DNA from: Chiloscyllium plagiosum
Taxonomy: Eukaryota
Direction of reading: 5' to 3'
DNA: 41,730 nucleotides
Assembly (NCBI RefSeq): GCF_004010195.1
Contig: NC_057719.1
Coordinates: 87,674,382 to 87,716,111 of the forward strand
The notes under the pieces are model-generated. The model was not told the DNA's origin. It saw only the letters and a list, made by a program, of their open reading frames with translations, and ran no database searches. A program made the position numbers and the translations under genes. This document shows, piece after piece, positions 24,140 through 37,357 of the stretch. Every line of letters begins with the position of its first letter. Position 1 is the stretch's first letter.

Positions 24140-24675
24140 TGAAATGTGAGTCAGACCTGCAAATGTTACATCCCTGTTCAAAAAAGGGGGTAAGGACAAA
24201 CCCAGAAATTACAGACTCAGTTTAACGTCAGTGGTAGGGAGGCTTCTCAACTCAATGATTTGGGATCAAATTAATAGTCACATGGAAAGAGATTAGTTAA
24301 TTCTCATGGATTTTTTCAAAGGGAAGTCAAGTCTAACTAATTTGCAGGAGCTTTTTAAAGAGGTAACAGAACAGATTGATGAAGGCAATGGGATTGATGT
24401 TATGTCCACGGGCTTGAAAAATGGGTTCAGTACAGTACCATCCAATAGAAAAGTTACATGTGATGGAATAAAATGGTCAGTAGCAACGTGGATACAAAAT
24501 TGGCTGAGGCATGGGAAACAGAGAGTTATGGCCAACCACATCTTTTGGGGGCTGGAAGAAGTTTTGTAGTGGAGTTCCCCAGGGGTTGTTGCTTGAACCC
24601 TTGCTGTTCCTGATAAATAAATAAATAATCTAGATCTTGGTGCGCACTGGACAGTTCCAGTGTTTGTGGATGACA
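24140..24675 (+). mobile_element. CR1-type LINE RT fragment
   Basis: ANVTSLFKKG.KDKPRNYR, KGKSSLTNL.E.F, WIQNWL. Confidence 0.75.
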
Positions 24676-25720
24676 GGTTTAACTCGGTCTTCCTCCCTGA
24701 ACTGGAGTGTTAAGATTTTGGAAACCGGAAGCTCAGAATCACTATTGGAAACTGAGCAGAGGAATTTCACAAAAAAAGGGCCACCCTATCAGCAACTGGC
24801 CTCCTCAGCGTAGAGGAGAGCACATTCCGAGCAGCGAATGCCAGAGATTAAATTGAAGGAAGTCCCAACAAATTACGAACTGGAGCTGGGAGGGAGTGGC
24901 GCTCGGACCCTGAGCGTACGGAGAAAGGTTGACATCTCCTTGGTGGGAAATCAACATTGGGTGGGGCGGGAGTGTTGGGAATTAGATTAGATTCCTTACA
25001 GTGTGAAAACAGATCCTTCGGCCCAAAAGGTTCACACCGACCCTCCGAACAGTAACCCACCCAAACCCCTTTTCCATCTGACTAATGCACCTAATTGACA
25101 ATTTAAGCATGGCCAGTTCACCTGACCTGCACATCTTTGGACTGTGGGAGGAAACCGGAGAACCCGGAGGAAACCCACACAGACACGGAAGAATGCGCAA
25201 ACTCCACACAGACAGTCACCCGAGGTTGGAATTGAACCCGGGACCCTGATGCTGTGAGGCAACAGTGCTAACCACTGAGCCACCGTGCCACCCATATGGA
25301 ATGGACGAGGATGTCGTTAAGGAAACCCAAGAGACCAGAGTCTGCAGGGAATTCTTTGGGAGGTTCGGGAAGGGAGGGAAACATTCCGTCTGGTGGTGGT
25401 GTCACACTGAAGGTGGCGCAAATAGTGAAGGATGACCAACTCCAATGATTCTCTAGGCAGAGGGATGGGGTCTGGAGATGAGTGCAAGGGGAATCCTATC
25501 AAGGAGAAAGGGGAAGAGGGGAGAGCAATAGTGTGCTGAAGGGGCTGACACAGTCGATGGCCACATCAAGCAGGATTGCACTTGGTTCGAGACAAAAAAA
25601 AATCTGTAGCTCCCCTTACCCCTACATCTAGTCCTGAAGAAGGATTTATACCCTAGACGTTGATTACTTCATCTCCTGATGCTGCCTGGCTTGCTGTGTA
25701 CTTCCAGCCTCCCATTTGTC
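24670..25720. mobile_element. Decayed Penelope-like fragments split by a SINE
   Basis: Resembles the 30200-31256 element; degenerate hammerhead at about 25632-25665. Confidence 0.45.
24980..25293 (-). mobile_element. HE1-type V-SINE
   Basis: Reverse-complement copy with attagattag tail. Confidence 0.88.
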
Positions 25721-25756
25721 TAAGCACGATTGTACAGCACACGTGGGAAATTTTAC

Positions 25757-25924
25757 CTTTTCGAACACAAACGTTTCTTCATCCTTCCACTGGGGGTTAA
25801 TCGAGTTCGGCTCGGTGCTAAGTTTTGTCCTGTACTTCCTCTTTGGGTCACCTGGGAGGCCCAGCAACTCCACCTCAACGAAGAATCTGGAGTTACGATC
25901 AGACAGAAACTGCCCTGAAATTAC
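25757..25924 (-). CDS. PLCB2: PLCB2 exon, C2 domain: [56 protein letters not shown]
   Basis: ttgctgcag| acceptor, |gtaaaa donor; 168 nt, phase 0 to 0; [14 protein letters not shown] matches PLCB2. Confidence 0.96.
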
Positions 25925-26437
25925 CTGCAGCAAGGGGACAATGGAGGTGAGATGGGGTAGCAACTGGGAACAGCAGCAGGGAGACGTGCACATGCTAACA
26001 CATCCCACAGCTATACTGAGAGATCTACACAAAGCCTGGGCTGAATGGGAGGGAGAGAACAGGATTCAAATCCATGTACCCACCTGAAAGAGTGACCATG
26101 GTGCACTGGTTGAGGGCTGACTTCAATCCAAATTCCAGGCACCAGCCACTAACCCAAACGACAACCAGCCTAGCTCAACACACCTCCTGTCAAAAGGGCT
26201 TTGCTGGGCCAAGCAGTCAGATAATGGTCAAAACAGGATGCCATTCAGCCAATCATCTCAATGCCATCAATATGAGAGGCCAGCTCACAGAATGCCAACC
26301 CCTTGCATTTTCCCAGTGAGAAAACATTATATCCTGGACCAACACACAGGATGTCACATGCTTTAGTCCAATAAACGGTATCTTTAAATCTCAACTACTG
26401 CCTGAAAAGTGGACAAACAATAATATATCAAACAAAG

Positions 26438-26971
26438 GTAAAAATCACACAACACCAGGTTATAGTCCAACAGGTTTAGCAAGTTTTGAGAAGATTTGTG
26501 GCTCTGGATGTAGGTTGAGGTTCTGGATGTAGGTTTGCTCGCTGAGCTGGAAGATTCATTTCCAGACATTTCGTCACTCTACTAGGTAACATCTTCAGTG
26601 AGCCTCCGAATGAAGCACTGCCGATAATTCCTGCTTTCTATTTATATGTTCAGGTGAGAATGTAACTTTAAAAAAAAATGTTTTGCAATTTACATATGAA
26701 AGAAGTGAAACTAACATGGTCGTTCTAACAGATGAGAAACGTAACAAACAATCAAGGTATTTTTCAATGTATTGTTCAATAATTTCAGTTACATCACAGT
26801 GTAAACTTTTGCTATAAATTCTGTGTCTTACAATTGTGTACTTTACAACCACCTGATGAAGGAGCAGCGCTCTGAAAGCTAGTGCTTCCAATTAAACCTG
26901 TTGGACTATAACCTGGTGTTGTGTGATTTTTAACTTTGTCCACCCCAGTCCAACACCGGCACCTCCAAATC
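26438..26971. mobile_element. Penelope-derived element with inverted ends and a nested fragment of another Penelope family (about 26480-26650)
   Basis: 13-bp TSD ATATCAAACAAAG (26425-26437, 26972-26984); hammerhead motifs at 26850-26884 (+) and 26562-26601 (-). Confidence 0.72.
26850..26884 (+). ncRNA. Minimal hammerhead ribozyme motif, third family
   Basis: CAC-CTGATGA-A-GGAGC(AGC)GCTCT-GAAA-GC-TA-GTG; palindromic AGCT stem III. Confidence 0.68.
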
Positions 26972-27090
26972 ATATCAAACAAAGAGAGAGAGTGATGCAT
27001 CGAACAAAGAGAGAGAGTCATGTATTCAAGATGTATGGACAGAGGGTGAGATATTAACACAAGGACAATTGGGACCAACGTAACCATTAC

Positions 27091-27245
27091 CAAGATGGAT
27101 AGAGTGTTTGACACAACGACATCAATGCGATCAGTGGTGAAAGGGTCAAATGTCTTGTCCAGGTGACGCAGAAGTTCATGTTTCAGAATATATCCGCTCC
27201 GCCCATTGAACTCAAAGTACGAGTTGTTCAACTGCATAGGCAGAT
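27091..27245 (-). CDS. PLCB2: PLCB2 exon, end of Y box/start of C2: [52 protein letters not shown]
   Basis: tctccccag| acceptor, |gtaatg donor; 155 nt, phase 1 to 0; DRIDVVV is PLCB2-like. Confidence 0.96.
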
Positions 27246-27752
27246 CTGGGGAGAGTCAGAGAACTAGATTAGCCAAGCTCATTCACTCACTCAACAGCTC
27301 CTAGGGATTTAATGGTCCCATATTATGGAGTCACCACAACCTCTGATAAAGTGGAAATGAGGGGAAAGGTTCAGTAAAACTGGACCCTGTGTCAAACCCA
27401 GAGTCAGGATCAAAGGATCCTGTATCAAACCCTCCCAGAATCATTATCATGAATGATCTAGAATCAGATCTAGAGTCAGATTGAGAAGATCCTGTATCAA
27501 ACCCAGAGTCAATTTCAGTGGATTCTAGGTTAGATCCAAAGTCTCTATCAGAGATTCTACTTTCAAACCCAATGTGACTATCAGAGGATCTTAACCTTTC
27601 ATGAGTGTCATTCCTCAAGTTAATGCCTTATTCACTCTGGGTAATCTCTCATTAATATTAGTTATTATACTTATAGTTAATAGTTAAAATGACTGTTGAT
27701 CTCTGTCCTTTTGTTCATCACTCATTACTTCTCTCATCAATTCAATTCACTA

Positions 27753-28061
<309 letters not shown>

Positions 28062-28529
28062 TCATTACCACCACCCAGTGATGATGGGCGTAATGCTTAG
28101 GAGGACACACACATTCAGGGGAGCACCAACCGTTCGCTAAACTGAAAGTACACAGTGAGGATGGAGAGACGAAGTGGCGGACATTGGTTAGACTGCCTCC
28201 TCAGCTCCTGTCCTGAAGCTTCGAAATAGGTCAACCTGTTTGAGTTTGGGGCTAGGGTGTGAGTTAGTAACTGGCTTAACATATAATGACAGGGGGGGCT
28301 ATGTCATCCACTGGAGGGAGAAACGGCACACAGAAGATAGGAAAAGGGGATGGAAAGGAGCTGAACAGTGGGTTGGAGGATCAAGGGAAAAAAAGAAGAG
28401 GTGAACAAAAGAGAGAAGGGGAAGGGTGAAGGAAAGGGAAGATTTGGGGGAAAAGGTGAACGACACTGAGATTTCAAGATCTGGTTTGATTTAGGGCTGG
28501 GGTCAATTGGTAGGAAAGGAATGAGAATT

Positions 28530-29162
28530 ATAGAATCCCTACAGTGCGGAGTCAAGCTATTCAACCCATCAAGTCCACACTGACTCTCTGAAGAGCATCC
28601 CACCAAAACCCACCACCCTACCCTATTCCTGGAACCCCATGTTGCCCATGGATAGTCTACCTAGCCATTGCATTATGTGCAATTTAGCATGGCCAATTCA
28701 CCTAACCTGTATGTTATTGGCCTGCAGGAAAAAATCAGAGCACCCAGAGGACACCCTTGCAGAAGAAAATGTGCAAATTCCATACAACAGTGCAGCCTCA
28801 CAATGCCAGGGACCCGAGTTTGATTCCAGCCTTGGGCAACTGTCTGTGTGGAGTTTGCACATTCTCCCCATGTCTGCATGGGTTTCCTCCAGGTGCTCTG
28901 GTTTCTTTTCAAAGTCCAAAGATGTACAGGTCAGGTGGATTGACCATGCTAAATTGCCCATTGAGTTAGGTGCATTAGTCAGAGAGAAATGGGTCTGAGT
29001 GGGTTGGTCATTGGAGGGTCGGTGTGGATTTGTTGGGCCACAGGGCCTGTTCCCACACTGTGAGGAATCTAATCATCCACACAAACAGTCACCTGAGGGT
29101 GGAATAGAACCTGGGTTCTGGCGCTGCGAGGCAATAGTGCTAACCACTGAGCCACCATACCA
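28530..29162. mobile_element. Nested HE1 SINEs: plus copy (about 28790-29074) inside a minus copy
   Basis: Minus copy broken at tccatacaacag / tccacacaaacag with an oppositely oriented copy between. Confidence 0.8.
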
Positions 29163-29249
29163 TTCTACAATTCACTGTGGTAATTTATAATAAAGCTTTA
29201 CACCAATCTTCTTGTGAAGACTCAACAGGGCAGGTGAGGGCAGCTGTCA

Positions 29250-30130
29250 GTACACAGTCATTGTAAGAGAGGTGACAGATAGCAGAGCTACAAGGGGAAT
29301 ACACTGATGTGAAGAAAGGTCAGTCATTGTAGTGGATAGCATGTTCAGCGAGTTGGTCACACCGCCAATATGGACTACACAGACTGAAAAGCATTGGGTG
29401 ACCACCTGGAAATCTAGTAAATGTGGGCAGGTGGTGCAGGAGTCCCCTGTGACTATCTCCCTCACAAACAGGTATACCATGTTGGATACTGTTGGGGAGA
29501 ATGGCCTCTCAGGGGGAAGCAACAGCAGCAGCCAAGTTTATGGTACCACAGTTGCCTCTGTTGCATTGTAGGTGAGGACAAAGACTGGGAGAGCTTCAGT
29601 AACAGGGAACTTCATTGTAAGGGAAACTGACAGGAAGTTCTGTGGCAGCAAATGAGACTCTTGAATGGTGTGATGACTTTCTGATTGCCAGGGTCAGGGA
29701 TGTCTCAGAGCAGCTGTAGGGCATTCTGAAGGGAGACGGCGAACAGCCAGCAGTCACGGTAAATGGCGGTACCAACGGCATGGGTAAAGAACGAGGCCCT
29801 CCAACAGGAATTTAGGGAGCTAACTGGTAGACTAAGGAAGAAAACTATTAAGATTGTAATCTCCGTATTGGTGTGTACCATGTGAAACTGAGTGCAGGAA
29901 TAGGAAGCTATGTCAGATGAATGCATGGTTAAAGGGATAGTGTAAGAGAGAGAGCTTGAGATTTTTGGATCCTTTGGGACAGTTTCTGTAGTAAGTGGAT
30001 GGATTGTACCTAAACTAAAATGGGCCAAGTATCCTTGCTGGGATGTTTGCTCATGCTGTTGGGAAGGTTTTAAACTGATTTGTCAGGGGAATGTGGACCA
30101 AGAATAGATATAAACTTAGGAACAAGTTTT
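29250..30130 (+). mobile_element. CR1-type LINE ORF1 (SGNH esterase-like) remnant
   Basis: QVVQESP...LTNRY..LDTV; TDRKFCG; GTNG.GK; similar to the ORF1 remnant at 21430-21610. Confidence 0.7.
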
Positions 30131-30199
30131 CATCAAATATAGAAGGAACGCTCGCACAGTCCAGCAGGTGGAGAAGACATGGAACATAGAATTTTACAG

Positions 30200-31256
30200 G
30201 GTAAAAACAAGGACTGCAGATGCTGAAAACCAGAGTCTCTATTAAAGTGGTGCTGGAAAAGCACAGCAGATCAGGCAGCATCCGAGGAGCAGGAAAAGGT
30301 GCTGAGCTGGAAGGTTGGAGCTGGGGTGAGGTGGGGGATGGGGAAATGAGGAAACTGTTGAAGTCCACATTGATGCCATGGGGTTGAAGTGTTGCGAGGC
30401 AGAAGATGAGGCATTCTTCCTCCAGGCGTCAGGTGGTGAGGGAGCGGTGGTGGAGGAGGCCCAGGACCTGCATATCCTCAGCAGAGTGGGAGGGGGAGTT
30501 GAAATGTTGGGCCACAGGGCAGTGGGGTTGATTGATGCGGGTGTCCCGGAGATGTTCCCTAAAGCACTCTGCTAGGAGGCGTCCAGTCTTCCCAATGTAG
30601 AGGAAACCGAATTGGGAGCAACGGATACAATAAATGACATTGGTGGATGTGCAGGTAAAACTCTGATGGATGTGGAAGGCTCCTTTGGGGCCTTGGATGG
30701 AGGTGAGGGGGCATGTGTGGGCGCAGGTTCTGCAATTCCTGCAGTGGCAGGGGAGGGTGTCAGGAAGGGAGAGTGGGTTGTTGGGGAGCGTGGACCTGAC
30801 CAGGCAGTCGCGGAGGGAACAGTTTGCAGAAGGTGGAACGGGATGGGGAGGGAAGTATATCCCTGGTGGTGGGGTCTGTTTGGAAGTGGCGGAAATGTTG
30901 TCGGATGATGTGGTTTATGTGAAGGTTGGTAGGGTGGAAGGTGAGCACCGGGGGGGTTCTGTCCTTGTTACAGTTGGAGGGGTGGGATTTGAGGGCGGAG
31001 GTGTGGGATGTGAACAAGATGCGTTGGAAAGCATCTTTAACCATGGGGTAAGGGAAATTGCGGTCTCTAAAGAAGGAGGCCATCTGGTGTGTTCTGTGGT
31101 GGAACTGGTCCTCCTGGGAGCAGATGCGGTGGAGGTGGAGGAACTGGGAATACAGGATGGCATTTTTGCAGGAGGTAGGGTGGGAAGAGGTGTAATCCAG
31201 GTAGATGTGGGAGTCGGTGGGTTTTTAAAAAATGTCAGTGTCAGGTTGGTCGTCAT
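30200..31256 (-). mobile_element. Penelope-like retroelement fragment (RT C-terminus plus GIY-YIG endonuclease, decayed)
   Basis: Minus-strand peptides KPTDSHIYLDYTSSHP, YIGKTGR...REH, PVAQHFNSPSH; 13-bp TSD-like TAGAAT(T/A)TTACAG (30187-30199, 31257-31269). Confidence 0.85.
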
Positions 31257-31523
31257 TAGAATATTACAGCACAGTACAGGACCTTCGGCCCTTTATGTTG
31301 TGTCGACCTGTGGAACAATGTCTCCGTATTTTGTGCAATAGCCTACTGTGGGGAACCTTATCTAAAATCCACATACACCACATCAACCACTTTACCCTCA
31401 TCCACCTGTTTGGTCACCTTCTCAAAGAACTCAATAAGGTTTGTGAGGCATGAACTACCCTTCACAAAAACATATTAATTATCCCCAATCAAGTTATTCC
31501 TCTCCAGATGATTATAAATCCTA

Positions 31524-31712
31524 TTTCTGGAGTAGAGTGGTGCTGGAAAAGCACAGCAGTTCAGGCAGCATCCAAGGAGCAGGAAAATCGACGTTTTATC
31601 CAAACCGTCGATTTTCCTGCTCCTTGGATGCTGCCTAAACTACTGTGCTTTGCCAGCACCACTCTACTCCAGAATCTGGTTTCCAGCATCTGCAGTCATT
31701 GTTTTTAACCTC
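31524..31712. mobile_element. Foldback Penelope-derived short element
   Basis: Inverted arms; 14-bp TSD GATTATAAATCCTA (31510-31523, 31713-31726). Confidence 0.78.
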
Positions 31713-33239
31713 GATTATAAATCCTACCTCTTATAACCCTTTCCAACACTTTACCCATAACCGAAATAAGGCATGGGCAAAATAAGGGAGGACCAGAAAG
31801 CTAAACTGTATCTATTTTGATGCAAGGAATCTGACTGGTAAGGCAAATGAACTTAGAGCATTGATCAGCACTTGGGAATATGATCTTGTTACAATCACTG
31901 AAACATGGTTGAAAGAAGGACAGGACTGGCAGCTCAACATTCCTGGGTATAGAAGTTTCAAGCGTGATAGAGCGGAGGTAAGAGAAGTGGGGACATTGCT
32001 TTATTGATAATGGAAACCATCTCTGCAGTAATAAGGGAGGATGTCTCAGCAGGATCTTCAAATGAGGCCATTGGGGTAGAGCTGAGAAATAAAAAAAGGG
32101 ACAATCACTTTGCTGGGATTATACTACAGGCCTCCCAACATTCACAGGGAGATAGAGAAGCAAATCACAGGAACAGAGTTACAGTACAGGATACTTTGTG
32201 AACTGGGATTGCCTTCATGTGAAAGGATTAGACAGAGAGGAATTTCTAATCCAGGAGAGCTTTTTGTATTAGTATATAGGTAGTCCTATGAGTGATGGGG
32301 CAATGTTAGACCTAATCCTAGAGAATTAAGCTGGTTCAGGTAGTTGAAGTATTAGCAGGGTAAACATTTTTAGGGATAGTGACCATAACCCTGTAAGTTT
32401 CAAAGTCCTCATGGAAAAGGGTAAGGATAGTGCAGGAGTTAAAAGTCTGAACTGGGGTAAGACAATTTCAACATCATTAGACAGGATCTGATAACCATGG
32501 ACTGAGAGCAGCACTTTGTAGGTAAGTCTACATTTGGAAAGTCTTTTAAAAATAATATAGTGAGAATTCAGGACCAGCAACAAGAAAGGCAAGGGCAGCA
32601 AGTCTGGGAGCCCTGGACATCAAGGGATATCAAGAGTTTGATAAAGAAAAAGAAGGATATTTTTGTGAAGTAAACAGCACCAAGAGCTGGGGAAACCCTT
32701 TAGGAGTACAGAGCATGTAGGGAGTTGCTTAAAAAAAAAATTCGGAGGACAAAAATGGGCCACAAACTATCTTGGGCAGATAGGGTTGAGGAAAACCCCA
32801 AGGCTTTTTATGAGTATATTAAGAGCAAGAGGATTACCAGGCAAGTGTGGGGCCTATTAGGGACCAAAGGAGCAACCTGTACGTGGAGCCAGAGGATGTG
32901 GGTGAGATCTTCAATGAATATTCTCATCCATACTCACAACAGTTAATAGCTGAAGATTTAATTTGGGATGGTGAGCCTCTAGATCATGTTAAAATTAATA
33001 AGGAGGGGTGTTAGATGTTTAATGTGCATAAATATGTGTGACTCTCCAGGGCTTGATGAGATGTATCCCAGGCTGCTATGGGAGGCAAGGGAGGAGATTG
33101 TTGGGGCCCTCGCAGAGATATTTAATACTTGGCTGGCCACAGGTGAAGTGCCAAGTGACTGGAGGATCACTGATGTGGTTCCTTTGTTCAAGAAGGGCAG
33201 CAGGGATTGGCCAAGTAATTACAGAGCAGTTAGTCTAAT

Positions 33240-33957
33240 TCACTAGAAAGGAAGAAAAGGACAACCAACTCCCATTCCTCGACGTGATGGTACAGAGAAC
33301 ACCGAATGGAGAATTCACCACAAAGGTACACACACAGACCAAGTCCTAAACTATGAAAGCAACCACCCCAACACACACAAAAGAAGTTGCATCAAGACAC
33401 TGTTCAAAAGGGCCACAACACACTGCAGTACACCAGAACTGCAAAAAGAGGAAGAAGAACACCTCTACAATGTATTCGCCAAAAACGGTTACCCCCGCAA
33501 TTTTTATCAACAGATACCTAAGACTGCACAAAACACTACATAGGACAAACAGGAAGACAGCTAATGATCCACATCCATGAACACCAACTAGCCACAAAAC
33601 GACACGACCAGCTATCCTTAGTAGCCACACACTCAGGTGACAAGCAACATGAGTTCGACTGGGAAAACACTACTGTTATAGGACAAGCCAAACAGAGAAC
33701 AGCCAGGGAATTCCTAGAAGCATGGCACTCATCCACAGATTCTATCAACAAACACATCGACCTGGACCCAATATACTGGCCACTGCAGCGGACAGCTGGA
33801 ACTGACAACCGGAAGCGGCAGATACAAATCACTATAAATGCCAGAGGAAACATCACAGAAGCGCTTCACAGGAGGCTCCCAAGCACTGAGGATGTCACCT
33901 AGACTGGGGACAGAATGTCTGCAACACAAATTCCCAGCTCGGCGATCAGAACCACAA
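33240..33957 (+). mobile_element. Penelope-like retroelement fragment (RT thumb plus GIY-YIG) inserted into a CR1 LINE
   Basis: Peptides PFLDVMV, THTDQVLNYESNHP, HYIGQTGRQL..HIHEH, REFLEAWHS; 13-bp TSD CAGTTAGT(C/T)TAAT; degenerate hammerhead at 33883-33922. Confidence 0.88.
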
Positions 33958-34091
33958 CAGTTAGTTTAATGTTAACGATAGTGAAATTATTGGAAAAAGT
34001 TCTGAGGGTCAATCAACACTTGGAAAGGAAAGGATTGATCAGGGATAGGAAAGGTGACTTGATATATTTATAAGGGTGTTGTAGTTGATGT

Positions 34092-34405
34092 GGGCGGTAC
34101 GGTGGCACAGTGGTTAGCTCTACTGCCTCACAAAGCCAGAGACTCGGGTTCATTTCCTGCCTCAGGAAACTGTGTGGAGTTTGCACATTCTCCCCGTGTC
34201 TGCATGGGTTTCCTCCGGGTGCTCCGGTTTCCTCCCACAGTCCCAAAATATGCAAGTTAGGTGAATTGGCCATGCTAAATTGCCCATAGTGTTAGGTGAA
34301 GGGGTAAATGTAGGGGAATTTGGATGGGTTGCTCTTCGGAGGGTTGGTGTGGACTTGTTGGGCCGAAGGGCCTGTTTCCACACTGTAATCTAATCTAATC
34401 TAATC
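34092..34405 (+). mobile_element. HE1-type V-SINE inside a CR1 LINE
   Basis: Head, V-domain and (taatc)n tail. Confidence 0.88.
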
Positions 34406-34794
34406 TTTACATGGATTTCAGTAAGGCCTTTTGACAAGGTCCCACATGAAAGGCTGGTCCGAAAGATAAGTCCATGGGATCCAAGCAACGTTGGCAAACA
34501 GGATCCAAAACTGGCCTACAATTGTGAGATTGGAAGCCTGTGACCAGTGATGTGCCATAGCAATCAGTGCTGGGACACTTGCTGTTTATAATCTACATTC
34601 ACATGAATGAGAATGTATAATTAGTAAGTTTGCAGATGATGCAAAAATTGGTGGTGTCGTTGATAGTGATGAGGATGGTTTCAGTCTACAATCTGATACT
34701 GATCAACTGGTAAATTAGGTGGAGCGATGGCAGATGGAATTCAATCCTGATAAGTGTGAGGTGATGCAATTTGGGAGATCCAGTAAGAGAAGGA

Positions 34795-35135
34795 TAAACC
34801 ATCTATAACCTTTCAATTATATTCAAACTTGACTCACCCTTGCGTATCTGTTATTCAATCTATAAACTACCTCTAAATCCTCAATTATATTCCAGCCTAT
34901 AACTCACTCCCGGGTACCTGTTAGTCTATATATAAACCACCTTACATCTCAATTAGATTCCACTTTGTAATTTGCTACTGGGAATCTATTATTCTACATT
35001 CTACATATAAATCACACTGAATCCCTCGATTAGACTTCAGTCTGTGACTCACTCCCAGGTATCTGTTATTCTACATATAAACCACCCCTGATGCCATCAA
35101 TTAGATTCAAGTCTGCAACACTCTCTGGGGAATTG
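34795..35135. repeat. Degenerate satellite (tattctatatataaaccac...attagattccagtctgtaactcactcccgggtatctg)
   Basis: About 5 diverged units. Confidence 0.65.
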
Positions 35136-35301
35136 ACCATTCGCTATACCTTGCCGTTCTGCGTGTCAGCTAATCAAGTGGCTTTCTCTTCCATGGGAGT
35201 TTATGCCAACCCTGACAGAGGCTGCCCAGGTGTCAAAGTGCATCCTTCTAGCTTAGATTTCTTAATATGTGGCCAGTGCTGAACAACATGTGAAAGGATA
35301 C

Positions 35302-35386
35302 TCAACAAAATCAACTGAGAATTTGACGAGCAGATCCAGAGCTTTGGTCTCAGTGAATGAAGAGATGATGTAGGATTTATTTATTT
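35302..35386 (-). CDS. PLCB2: PLCB2 exon, Y box: KINKSYIISSFTETKALDLLVKFSVDFVE
   Basis: cattttacag| acceptor, |gtatcctttc donor; 85 nt, phase 1 to 2; SSF.E motif of the PLC Y box; not in the ORF track, read by hand. Confidence 0.95.
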
Positions 35387-36970
35387 CTGTAAAATGAAGA
35401 GAGTAGGGTTAGCAAGTGTTTATACTGTACTCCTACCAGAATAGATTGAATAGAAATACAAAGTAGGTCTTTCTTTCAGCCTCATACCGAGTTACTGGAG
35501 GGGAGCTGAAGCCTATGATAACACCGGTTAGTGACCAGAGAATGAGACAGTGAAAGAGCACCTGAACATAGCACTTCGGGGTCTGTGCTACCATCTTTGC
35601 CATTGCAACACATATTGATATTGGATTGGAGTAATATTGTCTAGAATTCATGCACAGAGTGCACCGTCAGATACAGGTCCCACAGCCCAGCTGGTCTACA
35701 CATCACACCATCCTCCTCCTGGCTAAGATTTCATATAGAAAGGGTGGTGAATCTGTGGGATTCACTACCCCAGAGTCCAGTGGACGCCATGACACTGAAT
35801 GAATTGAAGGAGGACATAGACACATTTTTAAGTAGTATTGGGTTGAAAGGTTCTCAGGAGCAGGCAGGAAAGTGGAGTTGAGGCCAAGATGAGATCAGTT
35901 GTGACAGAGCAGGCCAGAGGGGCTGAATGGCCTACTCCTACTCCTGGTTCTTACATCCATTCTTTTTCTAAACCTATCAGCAAATTTGCGAGAGTCACGT
36001 TCCCATGAAACAGCACATGCCGAGCTTGTTTTACATTGACAGTCAGTTTGATGGGTTCCAGCCAAAATGGTGTCTGGATGACTGTCGCTCCCTGCTATAA
36101 AGTGCGAGGGCCTGCACTGTGCTGTCCCACCTTTAAACCGTGTTGTATCAGAGCACAGTTTCTGCTTTGTGTTAATGTTGTTTTGTTGGTTTTTCTCAAA
36201 TGAACGAACAAATGGCCAACAAAGAGCTTTGCATGGATAAGCAGATTTGCTAAAGAGGAAGTCAAGAACGGGGGCGTTTTCCTTCCTTGACCATGGAGCC
36301 TCCCCTTCAATACATCCCAACATCTCACCTCTACGACTCCCTGCATCATTAAGTCCTGTCTTCTCACCACTCTCTTGGTAAAAGGGTTTCTCCTGAATGT
36401 CCCCTTGAATTTATTACTGACCCCTTTCTATTTTGTGGTGCAAGTGGAAGCCTTATATCTACCTCTGCCCTTTCATTACTGAGGGCCTTGAGGCGCAATG
36501 GGGTAACTTTGGGAAAGAAAATCTCTGGATATAGGCCTTGCTAACCCAAGGCATGCAATCATACATCCTGCAGAGCCTCCTGACACAGGCCAGTGGCAGG
36601 CAGTGAGAGTGGGAGAGAGTCCTGGTCACCTATATAGCGGGAAAACATTGGAGCATCTGCCCTTCACTATCGGTAACTCCAGGTGACAACATGCATGGAA
36701 AGGTGCAGCTTGGAATCTCTGAGAGATCGATAACATTGACTACAGCCTTTCGTTAACTTAGTAACCTCTATCAGGCGGTGCCTCAGTCTTCCTGTTTCGA
36801 GAGACAAGGGCTTTCCATGGACGTCTAACCTCACAGTTCCAAAATCGGAACCAGTTGGGAACCAGCCGTCCATGCACAGTTCCTCACTTGGAACCAGTGC
36901 ACTGGATCTCCTATCAGGGCAGAACTAACAAACTGAACTGCTTCGTGCAGATTGTATAGGGATAGCTTAC

Positions 36971-37067
36971 TCTTAGCCACTTCAAAGGATTGGAACTTCA
37001 CAGGCTGAATGTAATTGACCAGACTGGACATCTCTTCATACGCTGTCACTTCCTGCCCAGCAGTTCC
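36971..37067 (-). CDS. PLCB2: PLCB2 exon, start of Y box: [32 protein letters not shown]
   Basis: ctaacag| acceptor, |gtaagc donor; 97 nt, phase 0 to 1; near-identical to recalled PLCB2 [22 protein letters not shown]. Confidence 0.96.
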
Positions 37068-37357
37068 CTGTTAGAAAGGAACACATGGACATCACTCAGT
37101 TACAGACACTCCAGTTGATGCAGCAATAACTGTGAAGTTAAGACCATAAGCCCATGAGTACAAAAGGCAGCACAGTGATTATATTACCAAACATAGGAAC
37201 CCTGAACTTAAGCCATGAGTTACGTGTTCAAATCCAACCTCTGGAAAATCCCTGGAATGTGATGTTCGTCATTAATAATCATGGTTTAATTACCATATAT
37301 AAACTACTAAAAACCTGTCTGGCAGAGGAACAGGAAATCCTTCGAGTCCTTTCCTGA

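Larger units (their letters stand above)
31775..34800 (+). mobile_element. CR1-type LINE ORF2 (APE and RT), decayed, interrupted by Penelope and HE1 insertions
   Basis: DLVTITETWL, SPGLDEMYPRLL, EVPSDWR..DVVPLFKKG, SNYRAVSL, YMDFSKAF, SKFADDAKIG. Confidence 0.85.
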
